From: a virus
IMG/VR virus record: IMGVR_UViG_3300042731_005759
Location: 1 to 64,000 of that record
Direction: 5' to 3' (one strand)
Length of the DNA stretch: 64,000 nucleotides
How positions within the stretch are numbered: the stretch's first letter is position 1; every line of letters begins with the position of its first letter. The translations under genes were made by a program, and so were the position numbers. This document shows positions 16,974 to 27,500 of the stretch, piece after piece. A model generated the notes under the pieces. It did not search any database and was not told where the DNA came from. It saw only the letters and a program-made list of their open reading frames with translations.

Positions 16974-18677
16974 ATGGGAGCATTATTAGAAAGTGGTATG
17001 GTTGGTAACATCGGGTTAAAACACCTTAGAGTTATCAAAGAAGATACCATCAAAAAATGGGATGACCTCGGGTTCTTGGAAGGACTTGAAGGACACCAAA
17101 AAGACAATATCGCTCAATTATATGAGAACCAAGCTTCACACTTGATTAACGAAGCTGCAGTATCTGACGCATCTGGGTCATTTGAAACTGTAGTATTCCC
17201 AATCATTAGAAGAGTATTCTCTAAATTGTTAGCGAACGACATTGTTTCTGTACAAGCTATGAACTTACCAATTGGTAAACTATTCTACTTTGTACCTAAA
17301 ATTCAGGATAGAAATTCTGGAGCACACAGAGAGCCATACGGGATGCCAGGTAACGCAGATGCGTCTGACGCAGGTTACGGAGCAAACCAAAGAAACCTTT
17401 ACGATAGATTCTACGAAGAAGGTGACGCGGCTTCTGAAGGATTATTTGACTACTCAAAAGGTGAATTCAGTGAAATTACTTTAACTGCACACGCGTTTGT
17501 TACATTCGCTGACGGTATCGCAACTGAATCAACTGTAGCATTAGCGGCTAACCAAGCAAGTGTAATTATCGTTGCAACTGGTTTCACTAAAGCAGGTCAA
17601 GGTAAAATCGCAGGTCCTAACGGTAACGAAATGGACTCTGAAGAATTCTTAGCTTCATTAGAAGTTAAAGACGGATCTGATTCATTACCTTTTAACATTG
17701 TAACTCAAAAATACGGTAAAGGTATCGTTGAGTACGGACAAAAAGGAACAGGTGTTACAGGTAAATTCCCTGACATCTGTGATGAAGAAGGTAAAATTTA
17801 TATTAACGTAGACTTACAGACTTATTCTGCAAGTTCAGGTTTCGCAGATGGTGGATCAGGTAAAACTCCTGGTGACTACGATTTAGTGTACAGACAGTAT
17901 AGTTCACTTGAATTCGAAGACGCTATCGGTGAGGTATCTTTTGATTTAGAGTCAGTAACAGTTTCTGTAACTGAAAGAAAATTAAGAGCTAGCTGGTCTC
18001 CTGAATTGGCACAAGACGTATCTGCTTTCCACAACATCGACGCTGAGGCTGAGTTAACTGCATTGTTATCTGAGCAAATCGCGGCTGAGGTTGATAGAGA
18101 GATCTTAAGAGACTTAAGAAAAGGTGCAGCTTGGAACTTGAAGTGGGACTACAATGAGTGGAAATATGGTGGAGCGAACAACGCTACATTACAAGGTTAC
18201 ACTCAAAAGGATTGGAACCAAACGTTAATCACTAAGATTAACCAATTATCGGCTCAAATCCATAAAACTACACTTAGAGGTGGTGCTAACTGGATCGTTG
18301 TTTCTTCAGAAGTTTCTGCAGTATTCGATGACTTAGAGTACTTCCACGTATCTAACGCAGGTGCAGAACAAGATCAGTACAACATGGGTATTGAGAAAGT
18401 TGGTACTTTAGCAGGTAGATATCAAGTGTATAGAGATCCTTACTTCCCAGCAGGGAAAGTTTTAGTAGGTCACAAAGGTAAGTCTTTATTAGACGCGGGT
18501 TACATTTACGCACCGTATGTACCTTTACAACTTACTCCAACTATGTATAACCCATTCAACTTTACACCAATCAAAGGTATCATGACCAGATACGCTAAGA
18601 AAATGGTTAACAACAGATACTTTGGTGTAATTAATGTACAAGGTTTACAAACATTCAACTTGGATACTTTAAGATAA
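16974..18677 (+). CDS. Major capsid protein (T4 gp23-like)
   Basis: IVSVQAMNLPIG, RKLRASWSPELAQD, DAEAELTALLSEQIAAEVDREI, YAPYVPL and GIMTRY motifs. Probable maturation site HLINE|A. Confidence 0.96.
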   Translation: MGALLESGMVGNIGLKHLRVIKEDTIKKWDDLGFLEGLEGHQKDNIAQLYENQASHLINEAAVSDASGSFETVVFPIIRRVFSKLLANDIVSVQAMNLPIGKLFYFVPKIQDRNSGAHREPYGMPGNADASDAGYGANQRNLYDRFYEEGDAASEGLFDYSKGEFSEITLTAHAFVTFADGIATESTVALAANQASVIIVATGFTKAGQGKIAGPNGNEMDSEEFLASLEVKDGSDSLPFNIVTQKYGKGIVEYGQKGTGVTGKFPDICDEEGKIYINVDLQTYSASSGFADGGSGKTPGDYDLVYRQYSSLEFEDAIGEVSFDLESVTVSVTERKLRASWSPELAQDVSAFHNIDAEAELTALLSEQIAAEVDREILRDLRKGAAWNLKWDYNEWKYGGANNATLQGYTQKDWNQTLITKINQLSAQIHKTTLRGGANWIVVSSEVSAVFDDLEYFHVSNAGAEQDQYNMGIEKVGTLAGRYQVYRDPYFPAGKVLVGHKGKSLLDAGYIYAPYVPLQLTPTMYNPFNFTPIKGIMTRYAKKMVNNRYFGVINVQGLQTFNLDTLR

Positions 18678-18707
18678 TATTTCTTATATTATTCAATATA
18701 CACAGAG

Positions 18708-18733
18708 AAAGGGGACATTGTCCCCTTTTTTTT
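18708..18733 (+). terminator. Intrinsic terminator after the major capsid gene
   Basis: AAAGGGGAC-att-GTCCCCTTT followed by a T run. Confidence 0.85.
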
Positions 18734-18760
18734 ATGCCTTATTTTTCGTATACTTTATAC

Positions 18761-19201
18761 ATGTTGTGGAAAGAATATTTTATCAGTATTGCAGAACAAG
18801 TAAAGGAAAAGTCTAAAGACGTTAAAACACAAATAGGTTGTGTTATAGTGGGGGAAGACAAAGAAATCCTTACAACGGGTTATAATTCGTTTCCAAGAGG
18901 TTTAAATGATCATGATACAACAAGACAAGAAAGACCCGAGAAATATTATTGGTTTGAACATGCGGAGAGAAACGCAATCTATAACGCAGCAAGAATTGGG
19001 GTGTCTCTAAAAAGATCAACAGCATATCTCACATCAGGATTACCTTGTATGGATTGTGCACGTGCTTTAGTACAATCAGGGGTAACTAAAATAGTTTGTA
19101 AGGAATATTGTACCACTAAGAATCCTAGTAAGTGGAAAGAAAATCAAGAAAGGTCTCTTATTTTACTTTCGGAGTGTGGGGTAGAAGTCGAGTTTTATTA
19201 A
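18761..19201 (+). CDS. dCMP deaminase
   Basis: SKD...IGCVIV, TGYN, HAERNAI and PCMDC zinc motifs. Start moved to ATG 18761 because the track's 18734 start abuts the terminator. Confidence 0.92.
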   Translation: MLWKEYFISIAEQVKEKSKDVKTQIGCVIVGEDKEILTTGYNSFPRGLNDHDTTRQERPEKYYWFEHAERNAIYNAARIGVSLKRSTAYLTSGLPCMDCARALVQSGVTKIVCKEYCTTKNPSKWKENQERSLILLSECGVEVEFY

Positions 19202-19475
19202 GTTTTCGTACTCTAACTTTCAAATCACCTGTTCCTTTGAGAATCCTATGGTATTCCCCTTCAGGGATAAATAACTTTAACCCTTTTGTAATTTCAATTG
19301 GTAAATCATTGTCCATTTGGAATTTCCAATCACTATCATGTAAGAAAGTTATTTCGCGGTCTTCATTATCGAAGTGCCACTTTAATTCAGTTTCTTTTGT
19401 GTTTTCTGAAAATATTCGTGTACTGTAGTTATCAGACAGTATTTCCCTAAATGGTAATTTTTTATTAAACCCCAT
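19158..19475 (-). CDS. Small cupin-like protein
   Basis: LKWHFDNEDRE and FIPEGEYHRILKG, a cupin-type H/E/H pattern. Confidence 0.6.
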   Translation of the reverse strand: MGFNKKLPFREILSDNYSTRIFSENTKETELKWHFDNEDREITFLHDSDWKFQMDNDLPIEITKGLKLFIPEGEYHRILKGTGDLKVRVRKLNKTRLLPHTPKVK

Positions 19476-19479
19476 AATT

Positions 19480-19944
19480 CTATTTTTTTATCTTCTTTGA
19501 ATTATAATCTTTTAATATTTTAATAACTCTCACATACATGTCTTTATCATATATGTACATTTCTCTCAGAGAGTTATTTGTTATCTCTAAGGGACCTTTA
19601 TCATCTTCGTAACTATCAATGTCTTTAGATATTTCCCCTGCTTGATATCTTACAGAACAGTACACTTCATAACTCATTTGAACCAATTCATCGTAATCAT
19701 CGTTGTAACCATCTGAATAATATTGACCGTAATAATAATCCTCATCTATTTCATCATCAATACAAAGAAACAACCTTTCAGTGTGATCAAGTTTTAAAAC
19801 TGTCCACCCCCATTGTTCATCTCTACCAAGAAAGGTAAAGATATTATCAACGTCATCCAAACTTGAGTCCCTGAATCCTTCTCTATCAGGATCGGGATAT
19901 TCAGGCGGATCATAATACTCTGATACTAAGTTAAATAATTTCAT
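19480..19944 (-). CDS. Hypothetical acidic protein
   Basis: 154 aa, N-terminal MKLFNLVSE leader. Confidence 0.65.
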   Translation of the reverse strand: MKLFNLVSEYYDPPEYPDPDREGFRDSSLDDVDNIFTFLGRDEQWGWTVLKLDHTERLFLCIDDEIDEDYYYGQYYSDGYNDDYDELVQMSYEVYCSVRYQAGEISKDIDSYEDDKGPLEITNNSLREMYIYDKDMYVRVIKILKDYNSKKIKK

Positions 19945-19945
19945 A

Positions 19946-20929
19946 TTACCAAGGATTAGAAGATTTGATACCTAATGCTTTTCTGTATCTTGCGATATTA
20001 CAACTCCAATATCCCGCCTTGGTACGGTCTTTCTTGTCTTTACAGTTGTGTCTCGCTCTAAATGATTTTGCTGCGGCTTTATTATTGTTCCTAACTTTTA
20101 AGTTTGGATCACCAAAAGTCACCTTTTTAATAGTTCCTTTAGGTGTTTTAACATATACCGCAAATTTCTTAGGACCACCAGGTGTTCTGAACGGTTTATT
20201 TAATTTGACATTTCTACCTCTGTGTTTCGCCTCAAGTAAATGTTCATCCTGATCTTCAATAAATGGAATGTCTAAATAAACCTCTTCACCTTCATATAGA
20301 CCTGTCTTTCCGATATCAGTCTTAATTAAGTCTAAATCGATTCCTGAGACTTCTAAGACGTTATCTTCTACTAACTGACGTACTTCATTATAAATGTTAA
20401 AGAATTCGTTAGAATAGATCCTATACACGTTCTCGACGATTGGTAGGTTATTCTTTATGTGGTACTGTAAACCTTCACTTAATACTTTAGATTCGTTTAC
20501 TAAGTTTAATTTTGGTTGTTGTAAATCTAATTTTTGTTGGTCTAAGTTATTGAAAACCAATGAGATGATTCTATTCTCATCGAATCTTGCGAAGTTTGGT
20601 GTTCTACCTTTACCTCTTTTATTACTCTTTCTTTCTTTACGTCTTTTTTGACGTGTCATTGATTTCTTTTCTTTCTTTGTGTATGAACCTGATGTTTTAG
20701 GTGTTTTTTTACTTACTTTTTTAGAGGGTCTACATTTAGGATAACCCTTTCTTTTTTTATCTCCGTCCGCATCTTTACGACCACAAGGTGGGTGTTTACC
20801 ATCTACTTTTCGTGATACGTCTACCCACTTTTCTTTGAACCAACGCCCAAGATCTTCTTGAAGAACCTCACCACTGGCAAGGCACTCCTCCATATATTTT
20901 TTATCTTCTTCGTTGATATAAATTTTCAT
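19946..20929 (-). CDS. Multi-domain basic protein with two domains common in T4-like phages
   Basis: LGRWFKEKWVD...HPPCGR...YPKCRP and KLNKPFRTPGGPKKFAVYVK...FGDP...SFRARHNC...AGYWSC domains, recalled as DUF5872-like and DUF6321-like (not checked). Confidence 0.7.
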   Translation of the reverse strand: MKIYINEEDKKYMEECLASGEVLQEDLGRWFKEKWVDVSRKVDGKHPPCGRKDADGDKKRKGYPKCRPSKKVSKKTPKTSGSYTKKEKKSMTRQKRRKERKSNKRGKGRTPNFARFDENRIISLVFNNLDQQKLDLQQPKLNLVNESKVLSEGLQYHIKNNLPIVENVYRIYSNEFFNIYNEVRQLVEDNVLEVSGIDLDLIKTDIGKTGLYEGEEVYLDIPFIEDQDEHLLEAKHRGRNVKLNKPFRTPGGPKKFAVYVKTPKGTIKKVTFGDPNLKVRNNNKAAAKSFRARHNCKDKKDRTKAGYWSCNIARYRKALGIKSSNPW

Positions 20930-21387
20930 TATTTCTTTTTCTTTCTACAGTAAGAACCTGAACATCTCTTTTTACCGTCTAAACCTGGCATTTTACCTTT
21001 ACATACTTGTACTGCGTATCCATTAGCGTACGCACTTGGGTATACATCGAATTTAGATTTAGCCGCGGATATCCCTCTTGAACATAATTTATTTGATTTC
21101 TTTTTCTTCTTTTTTCCTTCATTTAATTGTACATCATCCTCAGTCTTGTTCATAAAGAAATCTAACACTTGGTCCATATTTTCTTTAGCCACACTGATGT
21201 GGTCATCGGCCCAATCATGTCCATTTTGGATAATTGAGTCGACAATCTCTTTATCTAATTCAAGTAGAATTTCACATTGTCTGTGTATTTGTTTTAGATT
21301 ACTAAAAAACATGTAGTTTTCCGTATTCTTTAAGTGGTCTTCTTTAAGTTGGTTTAAATGTGTTTTTATAATATTTTTTAAGTCCAT
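20929..21387 (-). CDS. Hypothetical two-domain protein with a basic Cys-containing C-terminus
   Basis: NYMFFSNL...HDWADDHIS domain, then LNE|GKKKK...LCSRG..AAK.KFDVYPSAYANGYAVQVCKG. Confidence 0.7.
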   Translation of the reverse strand: MDLKNIIKTHLNQLKEDHLKNTENYMFFSNLKQIHRQCEILLELDKEIVDSIIQNGHDWADDHISVAKENMDQVLDFFMNKTEDDVQLNEGKKKKKKSNKLCSRGISAAKSKFDVYPSAYANGYAVQVCKGKMPGLDGKKRCSGSYCRKKKK

Positions 21388-21401
21388 AACGATAAATATT
21401 T

Positions 21402-22775
21402 TTATTTCTCAGATAAGATTTCGAAAGTTATCTCATCATTATATGTTATTTCCTCATTGTGTCTTATACCTTTAATTTCAATAAAATATTCTCTTGGTAT
21501 TAAGATGGAGGTATCTACGGTAAAACTATTTTCATTTGTAACGTCTAAGTACGTCCAATCGAACACATTCACTGTGGTTCTTCCTTCTTTTATATAAATT
21601 CTATATTGAGCCTCATCAAAGAGTACATCATTAGATTCTGTAATCGTTCTAAATCTTACCGTAATTTTTCTCACTTCACCCGCTTTAATCTTTTCATTTT
21701 GTTGGATCCCTGAGTACTGAACAATGTATTTTTTTAATTCAGTTAAATTTTCACCTAAACTAAACTTAGAAGAATATGGTTTTGGGATAAACTTTTGTGT
21801 GATATCAGGGAATTGGTTGTTCTCAACACTAATTCCTTTCCATACATCATAGAAAAATCTTTTTCCATCACATACTAACCCATCAATACCAAACGTAACT
21901 TTGTATACGCCTTTTCTAACTTTATTCACCGTTAAACCTGTAAGTCCTGTTATCGGTGTTTGAGTTGAGTCAAGTATATCCACTGTTGGAATATTATCTA
22001 AGTCAAAGAAGTTAGTTTCTTTGTTTACATATAAAAATAAGTTTTGGTCTGTTTTTTCAATGAAGTTTTGTCTATCATCGATAATTCTATCTTCGAACTT
22101 TGTTTCAACAAATGGTTCAAAAAAGGTTTGTGTATATTTTGTAAAAAACGCAACCGATTGATCCACTTCTTGTTCTATGGTTTCATATAATGGATCAAAT
22201 GCAACCCCAAGACCATAATTTACTGTGTTCCCCGTTAAAATATCATTCACATAAGATGTAATATCCATTTCAAGGTTTTCATCACCATTATCAAATTGTT
22301 GTGATGTAACAATTGTAGGTGTTGTTGTATAAACACCGTCACTAGCCCAACCATCTAAAGTAGTTCTATTAAACCAGTTTGATGGTCTTATATCGAAAGT
22401 GTCATTTCCTGTGGTGTAGTCATAACCAGAGTCTTCATAGTCAAATCCAACGCCCTCATCCCAATACTCATTGATTTGGAATAATATTAATTTGAAGGAC
22501 GATGTTCTTTCTCTTCCCGTACCTCTCTTTGCACCAAGGAATGTTTCATCACCAAAAATGGTGTTTGTCATGTGTAGAGTATGTTTTGTGTTATTATCTA
22601 AAACATATGTACCATCAGTTATTTTAGATTTAAGATCATCTAAATCTACACGAAATAAGAATTTTGAAAAACTTGACCCGTAAAAAATCTCAGTGGTGGG
22701 ATTCTTCGCGGTATTAACCTTCTTATTCTTTATTATTGTATTATTCTTATCGAAATATGAACGAAAGTATGACAT
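21402..22775 (-). CDS. Putative virion structural protein (beta-rich)
   Basis: 457 aa, WDEGVG and SNWF motifs, TATTTATA motif upstream, next to the spike gene. Confidence 0.55.
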   Translation of the reverse strand: MSYFRSYFDKNNTIIKNKKVNTAKNPTTEIFYGSSFSKFLFRVDLDDLKSKITDGTYVLDNNTKHTLHMTNTIFGDETFLGAKRGTGRERTSSFKLILFQINEYWDEGVGFDYEDSGYDYTTGNDTFDIRPSNWFNRTTLDGWASDGVYTTTPTIVTSQQFDNGDENLEMDITSYVNDILTGNTVNYGLGVAFDPLYETIEQEVDQSVAFFTKYTQTFFEPFVETKFEDRIIDDRQNFIEKTDQNLFLYVNKETNFFDLDNIPTVDILDSTQTPITGLTGLTVNKVRKGVYKVTFGIDGLVCDGKRFFYDVWKGISVENNQFPDITQKFIPKPYSSKFSLGENLTELKKYIVQYSGIQQNEKIKAGEVRKITVRFRTITESNDVLFDEAQYRIYIKEGRTTVNVFDWTYLDVTNENSFTVDTSILIPREYFIEIKGIRHNEEITYNDEITFEILSEK

Positions 22776-22806
22776 CTTTTAAAAGTATTTATTTTATAAA
22801 TATCGC

Positions 22807-24294
22807 TTAGTTTATTCTAATCGATTTATTTAGGATGTCATTTTCAAGTGTTTGGTAAAGATTCATTAATTTATCCCAATCGGGGTACCCATTTTTAACC
22901 ATTGGTTTGGTCGGATTATGGGCGTGTCCCGCAACCACTTTTACTAATTGATCAATAAACGCCAGTAATGTTTCTCCTCTCACTGTGGCATATGTATTAG
23001 GTTCAATCCTTGTTAAAAGGTCTTCTTGAGTATATTCGTACTTATCCAATTTATCAAATGGTACAGATTTGGTACCAACTTCATTGGTGTCGGTAGATAT
23101 TAGATATATCTTATCAGTCGATAAAGTACCAAAAGTTTGTTCTTGTCGAGAAGATATCGTTTTTAATCTCTTAACCTTTCTCTTTTTTTCTCTTTCTTTA
23201 GGTGTCGGTTCATTCAAGTCAAATATTAAACCTGACCCTTCAATAACATTATCGGTACACCCACCAGGAGTTACCTTCCCTAAGAATGTTTTATCTGTGA
23301 GACCTTCTTTAGGTCTAAAGTAAAATGGGTGTTTAATTTCAGGTAATCTGTTGTCAAAAATTTTTAAATTTTCTTTACTTAATCTACATATGGTATTTCT
23401 TATTGTTACATACGCTTCTTCATATGAACTAACACTCTGTGTAAATGTTGGTGAACTTGTGGTTCCATCGAGATTGAGTAGTTTAGTTGCTGTCGAATAA
23501 GTTGATATTGGTCTTGCTGTTTTTGAATTGAATACACTTGTAAGGAAAACATCACCATACGTGTCTTTGACTTCATAAACAAACCAATATACTGTAGATG
23601 GATTACTTACACTATCAACCATATATTCCACAACGTATTGTATTTTTTTAATTGGTAGTTCTTTTACTGTTTCTTCTATTTCCTCGAATATTTGTTTTCC
23701 ACCAAATTTTTTGAGAGAGAAAATACTACTCTTTTCAGACATGATAGGAAAGTTGACCATATCAACTTTCTCTTTATCACTTGCAGAATCTTTACTTAGT
23801 AATTTACCACCTCTAAGTACAATACCATCTTCAGTAAAAATAATATCAGAACCGTACTTACCATAGATTGCGTAATCTTTTACTTTAGCAATACTTCCTT
23901 CTGATTTATTAGTGGTATATACACCATCTTTATTAAAGATGTTTTTCATTTTTTTCACAACATTACCATACGATGTATTTTCTACTTGTCTCGAATTCGT
24001 TTGTGAATTGAAATCGTGTATTGTGGAGAATGGACCCGCAATGTATTCCCTATTAATTAAAGGATTTTCGGGATCATAAGTTAATACTTTTACTGTTTGA
24101 CCTAACTCTGGTACGAAGTTGATATTATTAGGTAGAAAAGGATTGGCAACAAAAGGATCTTTCTCACTCCATAAATCGTAATCTATGGCACGTTCTACAT
24201 CTCCTGTCATCATACCCATTGGTTTGATACGAATTCTACCAATACCCTTAGGATCAATATTTTCAGTTACTAATGCTAATGAAATAAATGACAT
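22807..24294 (-). CDS. Baseplate hub/spike protein (gp5/GpV-like)
   Basis: N-terminal DPKGIGRIRIK...P.LP...VPELGQTV OB-fold pattern, GKYGSDIIF, and C-terminal VRGETL...HAH (HxH spike tip). Confidence 0.65.
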   Translation of the reverse strand: MSFISLALVTENIDPKGIGRIRIKPMGMMTGDVERAIDYDLWSEKDPFVANPFLPNNINFVPELGQTVKVLTYDPENPLINREYIAGPFSTIHDFNSQTNSRQVENTSYGNVVKKMKNIFNKDGVYTTNKSEGSIAKVKDYAIYGKYGSDIIFTEDGIVLRGGKLLSKDSASDKEKVDMVNFPIMSEKSSIFSLKKFGGKQIFEEIEETVKELPIKKIQYVVEYMVDSVSNPSTVYWFVYEVKDTYGDVFLTSVFNSKTARPISTYSTATKLLNLDGTTSSPTFTQSVSSYEEAYVTIRNTICRLSKENLKIFDNRLPEIKHPFYFRPKEGLTDKTFLGKVTPGGCTDNVIEGSGLIFDLNEPTPKEREKKRKVKRLKTISSRQEQTFGTLSTDKIYLISTDTNEVGTKSVPFDKLDKYEYTQEDLLTRIEPNTYATVRGETLLAFIDQLVKVVAGHAHNPTKPMVKNGYPDWDKLMNLYQTLENDILNKSIRIN

Positions 24295-24491
24295 TATTTA
24301 TATCTTTTACCTAATTCTTCGTTTATTCTTTTATATGATGTTTCCACTTTGTCTAAATACCTTGTAAGAGTTACAATTTGTTCTTTGGTTTTTTCAAACT
24401 CATTATATAAAAATTGTTCACACTCACCTAAATCTTTATTAGATTTTTCTTCAGGTTTGTTTACTATTTCTAATATTTTGTTTGGATCCAT
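24294..24491 (-). CDS. Small coiled-coil hypothetical protein
   Basis: Start at ATG 24491 (MDPNK), 1 nt after the upstream stop. Confidence 0.65.
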   Translation of the reverse strand: MDPNKILEIVNKPEEKSNKDLGECEQFLYNEFEKTKEQIVTLTRYLDKVETSYKRINEELGKRYK

Positions 24492-24492
24492 A

Positions 24493-26400
24493 TTATAATA
24501 TTTTACCCGCACTGTTTAATATACCTGGTGGAATAACTATCGGACCAACAGGTGTTGGTATTGTCATCATTTTATTGCCTACTTTAACATATGAATTTGT
24601 ATCTAATTCCGCAGTGTGTCCGTCTATTATATTTTTTACCATAGTTACCATTTCATTAGACTCACCATATACAGGACCTGTATTAAGACCTGCGGCGGCC
24701 ATTCTTTCTGTCGCGTTCATAAATGCTCTATCAGAACTGAAACCAGGTAAAAGATCAGATAGACCTAATAATACACCTGGTACGTTTATAGATGGACCAC
24801 CAACCCTCAGGGCATTGTTTATTAGATCTATAATTGCACTGAATAAGTCGGTACAACTCTTTATACCCAAAGCGAGTATTCTTCGGATTAAACTTATTAA
24901 TGAAGTTAAAATAGTCACATATCTTTTATATTTGTTTGTTAGAATTCTTGTTACAATACTAACAACAAACGACAATAAATCTCTTTTAATTAATTGCCAA
25001 AATTCTTCTATAAATTTCCAAAATACATTTTTAATTATTTTATAGAATAATTTATAGAATTGTTTTAATAGATCTTTTACATCACCCGCAAAACTTGTGA
25101 GTTGTTTCCATGATATTACTAACGGTAAAAAAACTTTAGGTCCTAAATAAGAACTTACTATTGCTTTTGGTACGTTTAGAATGAAGAGGTTAATTAACTC
25201 AAGATTTATATTGTCAATTAGTTTTGGGTCACTACCCGAATTGATCATCGCATTTCTCGCGGCATTTTCCAATGTGTTATCTACCAAGTTTCCTAAATCT
25301 CCATTTTGTGATAAGATCACAAAGTCTTCGAAGTTAGATTCCGATGAAGGGACTTCAAAGTTTCCACAATCAACAAATCTTAATACTTTTCTAAATCTTG
25401 CGTCTTCATCATCTAAATCAATCCCCTCAACATCATTAAAATCAAAATATGATTCTACATCTAAGTCATTTTCTGAAAACTGTTGACTTGTGGTTTGAAT
25501 TAAATTACTCCCTTCGTCAGGCGGATTACAAATTTTAAAAAGTTTATTACACAACCTATTTAAATCATTAATCGCCTTATCAAAAACTTCGGGGTTTTCA
25601 CCATCACCTTGTAATGTCATTAACATACTTGTTTTGATGATATAGTTCAGATCAGGTGATTCCATATTACCATAATAGTCATTAATAAATTGACCCACCT
25701 TAGGTATGTTTCCACCACCCCCTTGTTGAAGACCCGTAACATTCCATTCTTGTAATGGTGAGTTCCATGTCAAATCAAACATAGATTGTCCCTGTTTATT
25801 AGAGAAAGTATATGGGGTTGAAAAAGAATTGTATAGTTCTCTATTTACCTTCTCTTCACCTACACTTGGAGATTGTGCCTCGTACATGATCTGTCCGATC
25901 TTTGAGGGGGGTTCATTTTGTAACAGTTCAAGAAAATCAATCTCTTTTGGACTAATTGTCATCGTATCATTTGGCATTAATGTTTCAACACCACAAATAC
26001 TTGTATCAGAGTCAACAAATAAAACTTCCTTTACACTATCCATCACAATCTGTTTTCCTGACTTAAGGGTTTTGTCCGCAGATTGTAATGCATACTTTTT
26101 TATTTTATTTCCTGTGATTAGTTTGTCATTTACCTGAATGTCATTTGATTTTGAATTAAGAAAACCTGATGCGGTATCTATAAGACTTCCAAATATATCC
26201 TGTTTGTTTTCATTATTTTTCTTTGACAACTTTGATGTTAAGCCATCTATCTTAGATGAAAGTAATTTATCAACTTTTGTTACACCCTCACCATAAAGAT
26301 CATATAGATTATCGGAGGTTAATTTAGGATTATCATTAATCTTTTTAATTACCTCGATCTTTGACCTGATTTTATTTCTAAGGGTACTAACTTTGCTCAT
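24493..26400 (-). CDS. Hypothetical protein, possibly baseplate-associated
   Basis: 635-aa ORF in the operon with the spike gene. C-terminal IPTPVGPIVIPPG. Confidence 0.7.
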   Translation of the reverse strand: MSKVSTLRNKIRSKIEVIKKINDNPKLTSDNLYDLYGEGVTKVDKLLSSKIDGLTSKLSKKNNENKQDIFGSLIDTASGFLNSKSNDIQVNDKLITGNKIKKYALQSADKTLKSGKQIVMDSVKEVLFVDSDTSICGVETLMPNDTMTISPKEIDFLELLQNEPPSKIGQIMYEAQSPSVGEEKVNRELYNSFSTPYTFSNKQGQSMFDLTWNSPLQEWNVTGLQQGGGGNIPKVGQFINDYYGNMESPDLNYIIKTSMLMTLQGDGENPEVFDKAINDLNRLCNKLFKICNPPDEGSNLIQTTSQQFSENDLDVESYFDFNDVEGIDLDDEDARFRKVLRFVDCGNFEVPSSESNFEDFVILSQNGDLGNLVDNTLENAARNAMINSGSDPKLIDNINLELINLFILNVPKAIVSSYLGPKVFLPLVISWKQLTSFAGDVKDLLKQFYKLFYKIIKNVFWKFIEEFWQLIKRDLLSFVVSIVTRILTNKYKRYVTILTSLISLIRRILALGIKSCTDLFSAIIDLINNALRVGGPSINVPGVLLGLSDLLPGFSSDRAFMNATERMAAAGLNTGPVYGESNEMVTMVKNIIDGHTAELDTNSYVKVGNKMMTIPTPVGPIVIPPGILNSAGKIL

Positions 26401-26780
26401 TACATTTCGTAATTTTTCGAATCACCAGATGCGGGTTCATCGTCCTCTTTCATTAATTTTTCTAATAGTGCTCTATCTTCATCAGTAAGATCTAATTTAC
26501 CTCCTTGTTGAGTTGTTCCTCCACCAGTTTGTTTCAATAACGCACTTTGTAGTTTTACTAATGAAATTTTCTTCTCAGTACAATCATTTAATATTTTCTG
26601 TTGTTCTTTGATAACAGGTCCGATTACACTCATATCTTCTGCCTCTTTCATGAAACTTAACATCTTTTTAGTAATCATACTTGCGGTTTGTTTTTGTTCC
26701 ACAATATCATTGTAAATTTCTTGCATAAGAGATAGTGCCGAATCTGTATCTAAAGACAGTATATTCTTTTTTCTTCTCAT
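26400..26780 (-). CDS. Hypothetical helical protein
   Basis: 126 aa, TATTTATA motif 3 nt upstream of the ATG. Confidence 0.7.
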   Translation of the reverse strand: MRRKKNILSLDTDSALSLMQEIYNDIVEQKQTASMITKKMLSFMKEAEDMSVIGPVIKEQQKILNDCTEKKISLVKLQSALLKQTGGGTTQQGGKLDLTDEDRALLEKLMKEDDEPASGDSKNYEM

Positions 26781-26798
26781 ATCTATAAATATGAATAT

Positions 26799-27500
26799 TT
26801 AGTATTCTATGAATTGAACTTTTAGTGCTTCATATAGTTTCTTGTATTTTTTCATTGCCACCCTTATTTCTTTAGTTGTTAAGGATGTCATTTCCCTAAG
26901 TGAAAGTAAAATGAGGTTTTTGTTAAACTTATTTCCCTCACCTATTTGGAAAACTTTCTCAAAGTTTGAAAATACTTCTATAAGAGCGTAACCTAACTTT
27001 TTTTCATTCTCGTTAAGTTCAGTTTCTTCAACAAAGACTTCTAATTCAGTCGTTAATTTATTAACCACATCTTTGTAGTCAATTATTTCTTCGTCTATAA
27101 TGTAAGAGAGGTCCGCCCTATCTTCTATCCTTGAGGATATATCTTCATAGGAGACAGACCTATTCTGTTCTTTTTGGTCTTTCTGTATTGCACCCATAAG
27201 GTAATTTTTACAGATTGTACCAAAATATGAATACGCTTTGTAATTTTTAGTTGTATCGAATTTACTGATCTTAGTCATCAAAAATGACATAGTATCAGTA
27301 TGAATTTCATTAAATTCTAAATCTTTTCTATATAATTTATAACGACGGATTATACTTTCCACCATTATTCTGAGAGGTTCTCTTAAATATTCGTTGAATA
27401 TCTTATTCTTTTCTTCTTCGTTTTCGGATTCTAAATATCGTACTACCGCTTGTTCTTGCTCCTCCCCAAAGTACATTTTTTGGGTTCGCTTTCTCGGCAT
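26799..27500 (-). CDS. Phage sigma factor for late transcription (gp55-like)
   Basis: YFGEEQEQAVVRY, MVESIIRRY and KFDTTKNYKAYSYFGTICKNYL, a sigma region 2 pattern as in T4-like gp55. Confidence 0.75.
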   Translation of the reverse strand: MPRKRTQKMYFGEEQEQAVVRYLESENEEEKNKIFNEYLREPLRIMVESIIRRYKLYRKDLEFNEIHTDTMSFLMTKISKFDTTKNYKAYSYFGTICKNYLMGAIQKDQKEQNRSVSYEDISSRIEDRADLSYIIDEEIIDYKDVVNKLTTELEVFVEETELNENEKKLGYALIEVFSNFEKVFQIGEGNKFNKNLILLSLREMTSLTTKEIRVAMKKYKKLYEALKVQFIEY

